From the NCBI GenBank assembly GCA_000092065.1, contig CP000582.1: a stretch of DNA of 64,000 nucleotides; one strand, 5' to 3'. This document shows positions 57,401 to 64,000 of the stretch, in pieces. Position 1 is the stretch's first letter; every line of letters starts with the position of its first letter. Source of the DNA: Ostreococcus lucimarinus. Lineage: Eukaryota. Position numbers and translations under genes: made by a program. Below the pieces are notes generated by a model that did not search any database, had not been told where the DNA came from, and worked only from the letters and a program-made list of their open reading frames with translations.

Positions 57401-57530
57401 CTCGTCCATCGTCTCCGTCGTGTTGTTCATCGGCCTGCTCGCGGCGGCGGGTCCGGTCAACGGTATGGGCGACGTCACGCGCCTCTGTGGACGAAAAGCG
57501 TTGTCCAAGAGCAAGAGCATTGCGTACTAA
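54495..57530 (+). CDS. Patched/Dispatched-like RND-superfamily membrane protein with sterol-sensing-domain-type TM bundles
   Basis: The real ATG is at 54495 (MPAADADAP...). The layout is two times (large loop plus 5-6 TM bundle). Motifs are FVIAGIGADDCFVMYD and ILIGLSVDYVVHIGHAY (GxxxD-type RND motifs). Track residues 54270..54494 overlap the CDC37 end and were rejected. Confidence 0.8.
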   Translation: MPAADADAPARDDDAGFVVRTISRRPCVTCVATLLFAAIISAVGLVTGTLEVQTEGWETRGTPIANRQVPYSLYSESTFDDGTTNNAYLSEPNARRKLLSGTPDCGTGGQYDSESNSNMEDDNNFHLIFESTGGDLFTPEAFADMCKATESFMDHANGGGDGDDFGSLCERQSVCSSASDPPGTTSSDWSSGGTYKGTWQNWQIETSGSPSTYRRCSRAFSYPTYLYMNTAGASSCDDYLTNSALQTALTNLKTYLLACAPVKAADSEAACSGTSPVPWKSAALGEAFGLNGVTDLSLTRSIIPTTGNSDMIATWGLNTWEGGWTYSSSYFNVYYDTASSDVKDAYVDEQLFKDLALAVSAISIIIILMWVHMGSVLLTVGGIVQVLLAFPSAIFFTKTLCQLDFFPFLNFIGLFVIAGIGADDCFVMYDKFQQSKCRCVPGANATEVMKRAYWDSAWAMFLTSMTTAAAFYSNAIIPIAPIRVFAIFMGTMVIFDYLYDITIFAALLAWQHDVIVGYENTGKNTFGSWFLDFYGSIARFRANCKKGPPKTRDADDVIDSNRERRSVAEAMLADKVFPIIHTLRWFLVVALIGAFAGGMVGTLKLSTPRDSEVQLLPDDHMFTKFSFLRRSGFKSSTESQVWTKVLWGVTPSDNGDHFNPASRASIEWDTSFDLSPTANQNWLKTFCSDTKSNMANDNAAYCWFEYFETWLGSAGGPTECGGYKFIPVPQANFYSCVKYYADQNPSVQMMSRPLSNAFYTSNGQTRMKIMSVQFATNVLWTAPTEDLEKVWQTWENYFAAKMATAPAGLKNGFQTSDAWAWMDTVAQMRDGAYIAAGTTLAIAAVTTMISTQNVIITLYSLLCILTILVVTVAGVVSMGWNLGFLEGICLVILIGLSVDYVVHIGHAYAHAARHEGVSRRECARSALSVMGFPVLGAAFTTLCAALALLQAVIVFFTKFGTIVVLSAVFSSIVSVVLFIGLLAAAGPVNGMGDVTRLCGRKALSKSKSIAY

Positions 57531-57593
57531 TCGGTGCAACTTGTACGGCTTTTTACAAATTTTTCACTTTACTGTAATTTATTACAACACTCT

Positions 57594-58529
57594 TCACACG
57601 CCGGCCTGCGCGACGCGTTGAAGAAACATCTCAAACGAATCCACGTACGCCCGCTTCCCCTCTCCCACGCGCGCCTCCTGGTAAAGCGCGCACGACGTCT
57701 CCTGGTAAAGCGCGCACGACGTCTCGACCGCATCGCCTGAATATCCTCGCAATGTCGCGCGGGCGAATACTAAACTCGGCCGCGACGCGCCTTCGTGGTC
57801 GAACACATCCGTCGCGCGCACGGCGTCGTCGCCGAATGCCGCCACCATCGCCGCCAACAACCGCGCGCGGCCAAGACTGGGGTAGACGACAAAAAATTCT
57901 CCATCCTCTCTCAGCGCCTCCTTTGCGAACCCGATAAAGTCGTGAATCGTCGCCGCGCCTCCATCCTCCAGTATGCCAAACCGAGCGCCTTTTTTCTCTT
58001 TATTCTTCGGCGGCGTCCCGCGCGTCGCCTCGAAAAACGGTGGGTTCGTCAGCACCACATCGAACGCCCGCCGCATTTTACGATCGTCCAGCAGCGCCCG
58101 CGCGTCTTCCACGACATCCCCCGGCACGACGTCGAACGCATCGCTCGCTCGCGCGTTCGTCTCGACGCTTCGTCGAAGCCTCTCGCAGCTGTCCCGCTGC
58201 GCCTCGACGAACGTCGCGCGCGCGGGCCGCGCTCCCGACAGCGCGTACGCGAGCCCGACCGCCCCGCTCGAGCCCGCCCCGAGGTCGCACGCGCGATCGG
58301 CGAAACTCTCGACGTCGCCGCGGCTTCGTCTCGCGAACCACGCGAGGGCGAGGGCGTCGACGCCCGTGCGGTAGCCGACTTTGCTTTGCACCACGCGAAG
58401 CTTCGAGGCGCCGAGCACGTCGAGAGTTTCGCCGTCGGCGACGCGCGGCGCGCGCGGAGCGGTCGAAAGCGCGCGGACGATCGTCGTCGCGGGACGAGCG
58501 GCGCGAGGGGACGCGAGCGCGGCGCGCAT
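57594..58529 (-). CDS. N6-adenine methyltransferase of the bacterial TrmN6/YfiC type (SAM-dependent, NPPF motif), probable organellar
   Basis: The real ATG is at 58529 (MRAALASPRAARPATT...). Blocks: LRVVQSKVGYRTGVDALALAWFA, DLGAGSSGAVGL (SAM-binding motif) and VLTNPPFFE. A C-terminal tandem duplication reads ETSCALYQ ETSCALYQ. Confidence 0.7.
   Translation of the reverse strand: MRAALASPRAARPATTIVRALSTAPRAPRVADGETLDVLGASKLRVVQSKVGYRTGVDALALAWFARRSRGDVESFADRACDLGAGSSGAVGLAYALSGARPARATFVEAQRDSCERLRRSVETNARASDAFDVVPGDVVEDARALLDDRKMRRAFDVVLTNPPFFEATRGTPPKNKEKKGARFGILEDGGAATIHDFIGFAKEALREDGEFFVVYPSLGRARLLAAMVAAFGDDAVRATDVFDHEGASRPSLVFARATLRGYSGDAVETSCALYQETSCALYQEARVGEGKRAYVDSFEMFLQRVAQAGV
57674..57721. 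repeat. Perfect 2 x 24-bp tandem duplication inside the methyltransferase CDS
   Basis: CTCCTGGTAAAGCGCGCACGACGT occurs at 57674..57697 and again at 57698..57721. It is in frame and duplicates 8 codons. Confidence 0.95.
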
Positions 58530-58737
58530 GGGTGGGGAGTCGCGCGCGCGAGGCGGCGACTGCCGTCGCGCGCGTCTTCGGTAGCCGCGTCGTCGTCGTC
58601 GTTGGGTCACAAACGTCTACGTGGGCGCGCGTCGCCAGTTCTTCTAATTAATCGTTGATCACGTACACACAATACACTCTCACGCCTCCCGCCTATCGTT
58701 GTCGAATAAAGAATTGTATTCTTCTCGCCGAGCGCGT

Positions 58738-59459
58738 TTACGCCGTCAAGAGACCCTTGTCCCGTCGCAACTCTTGCTTGTACTTGGACATGCGCGCCTT
58801 GCGTCGAGCGCCGGTGTTCTTGTGCAAGATCCCCCGCGCCACGGCCTTATCCACGGACTTTGTCGCTTCCGAGATCAACGTTTCCAAACCGCTAATATCC
58901 GCCTCCGTGCACGCGTCCGCCGCCATGAGTTCGCTCGCGTTGACGAAAACCTTCTTCATTCGCGTCGTGATTTCAGACTTTCGCGCCTTGTTATACAAGC
59001 GTTCCTTTTGCGACAATCGCGTGCGCGCAACCTTGTTTTGCGCCGCGCGCACGATGAAAGCCCCTCGAGCCGGCGACGCCGTCGTCGAGCCTGCGCGCGC
59101 GCGACCCCGCGTTTAGGGTTCCAGGTCAGTCACCGCCCCGTCCGCGCGCTTCTTATCTCCCCCTTCCTCCCGCGCGCGCGACGCGCGTTCGCCCGTCGCG
59201 CGCCGTCGAGCGATCGTCGAGAAACGCATCGTCCTCTTCCCGCGATCGCGCGACGCGTCGCGCCGCGCGCGCGCGCCCGCGACCCCTCATCGCCGCGCGC
59301 GCGCCTCCCACCGCGTCGCGCGCCGTCGCGCGCGCGTCGTCGCGCGTCGCGCGTCGCGCGTCGCGCGTCGCCCGGAGCGCGTCCGATTCGACGATTCGTA
59401 CCTCGAGCGAGCGCGGTCTTGGACGCGACGGCGTTGGAGAACGTGAGCGCGGCGTGCAT
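58738..59459 (-). CDS. PRPS20: Bacterial-type ribosomal protein bS20, organellar (plastid-type transit peptide), two exons: join(58738..59090,59402..59459)
   Basis: The track ORF starts with GTG and has no in-frame ATG before the upstream TAA at 59115..59113. Exon 1 is ATG(59459) MHAALTFSNAVASKTALAR + G|GTACGA. Exon 2 follows GCGCGCAG| and supplies GC, completing Gly. The result is ...ARGSTTASPARGAFIVRAAQNKVARTRLSQKERLYNKARKSEITTRMKKV...HKNTGARRKARMSK (S20 family). Confidence 0.85.
59091..59401 (-). other. bS20 intron (311 nt)
   Basis: Donor GTACGAA at 59401. ACTGAC at 59130..59125 lies 34 nt before the acceptor GCAG ending at 59091. Phase 1. It contains (GCGCGTCG)x4 around 59331..59370. Confidence 0.82.
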
Positions 59460-59651
59460 GGCGCGTCGATGTGTGCGGCGTCGCGCGCGCGGCGACGTCG
59501 CCGCGCCGGCGCGCGCGAAAAGAGCCTTAAATATGAGATTTGATGGCGCGACGGCGGTGTCGTTCGTACGTTCGTGTGTTTATCACTGTTTACACATACA
59601 CAGATTGCGCGGTCGGTCGCGCCCGTCGGTCGCGCGCGCGCGCGCGTCCGC

Positions 59652-60368
59652 ATGGCGCCGCGCGCGCTCGCCGCGCGCGCGCGTCCGGCGCCGATTCGCG
59701 CGCGCGCTCGAAGAGAACGTCGTCGCGCTCTCGCGTCGTCGTCGAGCGCGAGCGACGAGCTGTGCGCGCGCGTGGACGAGCTGAATGCATTCGTCGGCTG
59801 CGAGACGCGCGCGGTGACGGTGCGCGAGCGCGCGCTCGGCCGCGGCGCGTTCGGCGTCGTCCTGCGCGCGTCTCGCGACGGCGGCGTCGGCGCGCTCGAC
59901 GCGCTGGTGACGCGGCGGAGCGAGACGAAGGACGTGTGGCCGGGCGGGACGGACGCGGCGACGAGCGGCGTGGTGCGCGCGACGCGAGGGCGCGACGGCG
60001 AGGCGGCGGCGGCGGAGACGTACGAGGAAACGATGCGACGGGAGCTGGAGGAAGAGCTCGGGAGCGATGCGGCGAGAGGCGCGAGCGTGCGGGAGTTGTT
60101 CACGTTTCCGTACGAGGACGCGTACATGCGAGTGTTCGGCGCGTGCTTTGAAATCGTGCTCAGGGACGACGCCGAAATCGAATTCGCGGACGGCGAAGTG
60201 GCGGCGGCGAGATTCGTGAGTCTGGATGAGTTGGCGAGGAGCCTGAGAGAGGGGCGGGAGAATTTCACGCCGATCGGGAAGTACGTGCTGGAGTCGTACT
60301 TGGCCTTCGTCGAGACGGGCGCGCGGCCGCCCTCGGCGTGGGCCGAGCGGCGCGTCGAACCTTCGTGA
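59652..60368 (+). CDS. NUDIX hydrolase with presequence
   Basis: ATG at 59652 (MAPRALAARARPAPIR...). The Nudix box is GG..(x)..ETYEETMRRELEEELG (E-x7-REUxEExGU). Confidence 0.75.
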   Translation: MAPRALAARARPAPIRARARRERRRALASSSSASDELCARVDELNAFVGCETRAVTVRERALGRGAFGVVLRASRDGGVGALDALVTRRSETKDVWPGGTDAATSGVVRATRGRDGEAAAAETYEETMRRELEEELGSDAARGASVRELFTFPYEDAYMRVFGACFEIVLRDDAEIEFADGEVAAARFVSLDELARSLREGRENFTPIGKYVLESYLAFVETGARPPSAWAERRVEPS

Positions 60369-60437
60369 GAGACGAGTGCTTTGCATTTAAAAATAATCGC
60401 GCTAGTGTAGAGTGTAGTATAATTCGTTTGGATGTAG

Positions 60438-61472
60438 TCAGTTCTCTAAGCCGTCCGTGCGGGTGGCCGGTCCCACGGCTTTTTCCATGCGCTCGTACCA
60501 GGGGCGGATCGAAGTGTTCGCCATGACGTCCGCGAACGTCTCAAACGTCTTCACGGCGCGCAAGACACCGAACACGCACAAATCTGCGTTATTCGGCGCA
60601 TCGCCGCCGCAGAATTTACGAGAGCCGACCGCTTCGTCGACGAACTTGTCGCACTCGGCGTATAAATCGGCGCGCTCGTCCTCGATTCCGTGTCGCTTCT
60701 TCAGCACGCGATGGGCGATGACGTACATGGACGCCGCCCCCACCCATCTCGCGCTCTCGCGCTCAAAGTACCCAAAATTCCCTCTCTTTGTGATGTAATC
60801 GAAAGATTTCACCGCTTCCGCCCACGTGCGGTAGATGTTCGGCGTCAAAACGTGCACGAAGCGTTCGTCGACCCACTTCGTCCACGTCGCCTCGCGTTCG
60901 AGGTACGCCTTCGTCTTCTTCGCCCCGAACCACGCCCCCGCGTTCGCGCTCGACCCGCTCGCGTCGAACCGCTTCGTGAGCTCGGCGATGATCGCGCTCG
61001 AATCGTTCAACTTTTCGTCCCCCACGGTGACGATCGGGACCTTTTTCCATCCATCCTCGACCCATCCCAGTTCGCCCTTCGTCATCGGGTTCACCTCCAC
61101 GACGTCGTACGGCGTCCCGTGATAATCCAAAAACGCCTTCACCTTGTTACAGAACGGGCACACGTCGTACTGATACAGCGTCACGCGCGCGCCTCCGAGC
61201 GCCGCGTCCGCCGGGCTCGTCCTCGGCGCCTCCGCGCTCGCCTCGCGTCCCGCCGTCGTCGCCGCGAGCGCCGCCGCCGCCGCCGCCGCCGCCGTCGCCG
61301 TCGCCGCCGTCCCCGCGCGCGTCCTCGTCGACGCGCGCGCCGTCGTCGCCGCCGTCGACGCGCGATGCGTCATCGCGCGCGTCGTCGTCGCGCGCATCGG
61401 CGTCGCGCGCGTCACCGCGTCGCGCATCAGCGACATCGCCCGTCGACGCGCCGACGCCGTCGTCGTCATCAT
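60438..61472 (-). CDS. PTGES2: Prostaglandin E synthase 2-like protein (glutaredoxin-like N-domain + GST-C-like domain)
   Basis: ATG at 61472. Sequence: VTLYQYDVCPFCNKVKAFLDYHGTPYDVVEVNP....WKKVPIVTVGDEKLNDSSAIIAEL (CPFC thioredoxin fold), then a GST-C-like helix bundle. The N-terminus is T/A-rich. Confidence 0.82.
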   Translation of the reverse strand: MMTTTASARRRAMSLMRDAVTRATPMRATTTRAMTHRASTAATTARASTRTRAGTAATATAAAAAAAALAATTAGREASAEAPRTSPADAALGGARVTLYQYDVCPFCNKVKAFLDYHGTPYDVVEVNPMTKGELGWVEDGWKKVPIVTVGDEKLNDSSAIIAELTKRFDASGSSANAGAWFGAKKTKAYLEREATWTKWVDERFVHVLTPNIYRTWAEAVKSFDYITKRGNFGYFERESARWVGAASMYVIAHRVLKKRHGIEDERADLYAECDKFVDEAVGSRKFCGGDAPNNADLCVFGVLRAVKTFETFADVMANTSIRPWYERMEKAVGPATRTDGLEN

Positions 61473-61687
61473 TCCGAATCGATCGTCCGCGCGTTCGCGC
61501 GCGCGTCGGCGATGCCTCGGCGCGAGACCGCGGCGTCGACGATGCCCTCGCGCGCCGTCGTCGAGCCCGCGCGCGCGTCGTCGTCGCGTCGCGAAGTCTC
61601 GTCGACGCGCCGTCGATGCGCGCGCGACGTCACGTCGCGACGCGCGACGACGACGGCGCGCGACGTCGCGCGCGCCGCGCGAGCGGG

Positions 61688-62770
61688 ATGTCGAGCGACG
61701 ACGCGCCGACGTTCGACGCGCTCGAGACGCGCCGCGCGTGCCGCGCGCTGCTGCCGACGCTCGATTTAGAGCGCGCGACCGAACGCTCGGTGCGCGAGGC
61801 CGTGCGCGACGCCCTGCGCGCGGCGCGCGGCGACGACGGGCGAGACGTCGATCGAATCGTCGTGCAAAACGAGATCGACGCGTTCCTGGGGCGCGCGGAC
61901 GCGGCGGTGGCGGCGAACGAGGACGGCGAGCGCGGGGCGACGACGACGGCGACGACGAAGCGCGAACGCGTCGACGACGAGGGGTCGCCGACGACCGGAG
62001 GGAATAAGAGGGCGAGCGCGACGGCGGAAGAGAGCGCGCTGGATGAAACGCGAGTGTTGGCGGCGCTGGAGGCGATCGGAGAGGACGGGACGGAGGCGAA
62101 GGCGTTGGCGAGCTTTTTGAAGCGCGACAAGACGGCGGTGAACAAGGCGCTGTACGCGATGGCGGCGCGCGGATCGGCGAGGAGAGAAGACGGCGAGGGC
62201 GGGGCGCCGAGGTGGTTCGTGGCGAACGCGAGGGTCGGTGCGAGCGAGGCGGCGACGACGCAGAGCGCGCGGCCGGCGAGCTCGACGGCGGACGCGGCGA
62301 CGACGGACGCGGCGACGAGCGCGGGCGGCGACGACGCGGTGGAGAACGAAGTCGTGGCGCTGTCGAAGACGAAGCGCGTGACGGTGCGAAAGTGGAAGGA
62401 AACGACGCTCGTTGACATTCGCGAGTACTATCAAGCCGGTGGCGAGGGACCGTACAAGCCGGGGAAGAAAGGGATTTCGTTGTCTTCGGCGCAGTGGCGG
62501 GTGCTCGACGCGAACATCGATAAAGTGGCGAGCGCCATCGAGGCGTGCGAGGCGTCGAGCCAAGAGCAGCTGGTGTGCGAGATGTCGAACACGCGACGGT
62601 GCACGGTGAGCAAGTACAAAGGGAAAGTTTTGGTCAACATTCGCGAGTACTACGAAAAAGATGGCGAGATGCGACCGGGAATGAAAGGAGCGTCTCTCGC
62701 GGTCGAAGCAGCGCGACGTCTCGTCGCGCACGCGTCGCAAATTTCTGCGCGCGTGGCTAGCCTCGAGTAG
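61688..62770 (+). CDS. KELP-like transcriptional coactivator: DEK-C domain + Z-alpha-like winged helix + two tandem PC4/Sub1 ssDNA-binding domains
   Basis: ATG at 61688 (MSSDDAPTFDALE...; alternative ATG at 61616). DEK-C-like: TRRACRALLPTLDLERATERSVREAVRDAL..IVVQNEIDAFL. Winged helix: RVLAALEAIGEDGTEAKALASFLKRDKTAVNKALYAMAARG...APRWFV. PC4 copies: LSKTKRVTVRKWKETTLVDIREYYQAG..YKPGKKGISLSSAQW and MSNTRRCTVSKYKGKVLVNIREYYEKDGEMRPGMKGASLAVEAA. Confidence 0.8.
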   Translation: MSSDDAPTFDALETRRACRALLPTLDLERATERSVREAVRDALRAARGDDGRDVDRIVVQNEIDAFLGRADAAVAANEDGERGATTTATTKRERVDDEGSPTTGGNKRASATAEESALDETRVLAALEAIGEDGTEAKALASFLKRDKTAVNKALYAMAARGSARREDGEGGAPRWFVANARVGASEAATTQSARPASSTADAATTDAATSAGGDDAVENEVVALSKTKRVTVRKWKETTLVDIREYYQAGGEGPYKPGKKGISLSSAQWRVLDANIDKVASAIEACEASSQEQLVCEMSNTRRCTVSKYKGKVLVNIREYYEKDGEMRPGMKGASLAVEAARRLVAHASQISARVASLE

Positions 62771-62844
62771 ATTTGGAAGAAGATGTGGAACACCGACGAA
62801 ATGTAAAACGATGAACGAAATGCTTACCAAGGCGCTCGCGATGC

Positions 62845-64000
62845 TCACTCCTCGAACGGTTGTTCGAGTAACTCTTTTCGAATCCACACCGCGTAATCGT
62901 CGCCGTGCGTTGCGAGCTCGAACTCTGCGATTTGAGCGAGTATTTCACCCGGAACGTCGTATCTCGGCCCTAGCTTGACGATGATTTTGTCATCGATGAC
63001 CGCGACGTATAAATCGCTCTCGGCGATTTTGATGTCAACTCTGCTCTCGCAGCACACGTTGGCGAGCTTACGGCAGCTCAACAAAGCTCGAATTTCTGAT
63101 GTTAGCGATTAGGACCAACCCAAGTTTTCGTCGCAGCACCAAATGTGCGGGCCAAACACGCAGGGAATGCCGGGATGCAGAAGCGTGTACGCGTAACCCA
63201 AACCGAGACGATCGAGTGGAAACGGCCAGTGATTCTGCGGGTATCCGGTATCGTGGTTGTCGAGAAATGTCACAGCACTTTGCGGTACCCAGCCGGCAAG
63301 CCCAGGCATGCCGCCTTGCTGGTCTCGTAGCCGCCAAAACTCTACTCGCTTGACTGCTTCTTGTAGAATTCCCTTGGTCACGAAGTCGAACAACGCCGCG
63401 CATTCGTCTGCGGCGTTCAACCAATCCACGAGCACGCGTCTCGGCTTGTCTTGATTGTACTCGAGAAAGCTTCCCGACCACGTCATCCCGACCCAGTTCT
63501 CGCCGACGCAGAATTGCTCAAATCCAACCGTTTTCTCCACATACTCTCTCACGAAATTCGGAGCGTAGCCTTGGACGAAATCGAACCTCCATCCGCTGAA
63601 ACCGATGTCATCTTTCAACCAGTTCAACCACTCGATGATCGCTTCGCGAATCTCGGCGTTTGTGTGGTCGAGATCAGGGGCGATTTCGATCGAGTCGCCA
63701 CTATCGTTGGCTCCTTGACCTTCGCGAAAAAATGGATCGTCGCCGACGATGGCGTAAGCTCCCCAATTTATTCGTCTCCCGCTCGGCGTTACTTCGTCCG
63801 CAAACGAGATGAAGCGGCCATCCGAAGCGTACTCAGCGCAACGATGGTTGATGACGATGTCGCACACGGCTACTATTCCGGCTTTTTTCAGAGCCTGTAC
63901 CAACGATTTAAGCTCCGCTTCATCGCCGTACTCGCTACCGTCCAAGTTGTAAATTTCCGATGGCATGTAACCGTGCTCGTCTACCGATAACGACGGTGGA
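62845..64000 (-). CDS. Plant-type alpha-amylase (GH13), 5'-truncated by the right window edge; interrupted by one in-frame TAA (63111..63109)
   Basis: My own translation to the edge reads ..PPSLSVDEHGYMPSEIYNLDGSEYGDEAELKSLVQALKKAGIVAVCDIVINHRCAEY.., GWRFDFVQGY, FCVGENW, TFLDNHDTG, AYTLLHPGIPCVF. The separate track ORF 62845..63084 (ESRVDIKIAESDLYVAVIDDKIIVKLGPRYDV...HGDDYAVW) is the amylase C-terminal beta-domain in the same frame. It has no ATG of its own (the track start is TTG). Confidence 0.9.

Noticed and set aside
23193-59401. Search for a repeated intron family (introner-like elements) or transposon remnants among the proven introns and spacers.
   Set aside because: By-eye comparison of the six intron sequences shows only shared splice signals and generic CG-rich micro-repeats, with no common internal sequence, terminal repeats or TE ORFs. 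A proper all-against-all alignment would be needed to be certain.
1-64000. rRNA, tRNA, CRISPR arrays and prophage or mobile elements.
   Set aside because: I saw no cloverleaf-compatible segments in the short spacers, no rRNA-like conserved stretches and no repeat-spacer architecture. The only repeats are 2-4 copies of 8-24-nt units or trinucleotide runs. No integrase, transposase or RT-like ORFs were found. A tRNAscan/Infernal run would be the decisive check.

Overview
This window is eukaryotic nuclear DNA, not prokaryotic. It is very GC-rich and extremely gene-dense: I call about 38 protein-coding genes on both strands in 64 kb, with spacers mostly 35-315 bp. The gene content points to a green-lineage picoalga: PSI antenna LHCA, ferredoxin-thioredoxin reductase variable chain, PsbP-like lumenal protein, plastid-type ferritin, DPE1, plant-type alpha-amylase, a plant-type X18 GATA finger and a GT77 glycosyltransferase. 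Composition and compaction fit Mamiellophyceae (Micromonas-like), but that is inference only. Most genes are housekeeping single-exon ORFs, including POLD1, USP7, PNPase, a cGMP-dependent kinase, COG3, CDC37, RPN10, RPS14 and MED7. The supplied ORF track uses bacterial alternative starts (I checked several 'M' starts that are really TTG or GTG). It also reports many long Arg/Ala-rich shadow ORFs that exist only because stop codons are rare at this GC content. I therefore re-derived starts from real ATGs. By hand translation I recovered five spliced genes with six introns: RPN10, LHCA, a coiled-coil gene, RPS14 (two introns) and plastid bS20. I also found a GATA factor at the left edge that the track misses. 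All of these introns share a rigid grammar: a GTGCG- or GTACG-type donor, an exact ACTGAC 19-34 nt before the acceptor, a CAG acceptor, and a position within the first 30 codons. I found no rRNA, tRNA, CRISPR array, transposon or repeated intron family. The items most worth a second look are these. (1) A KELP-like coactivator carries a Z-alpha-like winged helix between a DEK-C domain and two PC4 domains. (2) One gene fuses a PhyH-type dioxygenase, SANT/Myb repeats and a B3GNTL1-type GT2. (3) Two genes are interrupted by a single in-frame stop lying inside a short GT..AG segment whose length is a multiple of three: 24 nt in the alpha-amylase and 63 nt in a hypothetical gene. (4) A PKG has four cNMP domains and an MGC acylation motif. 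(5) Nine head-to-head gene pairs have ATGs 3-235 bp apart. I did not see a convincing multi-gene novel system. The findings are single-gene architectures and genome-organisation features.
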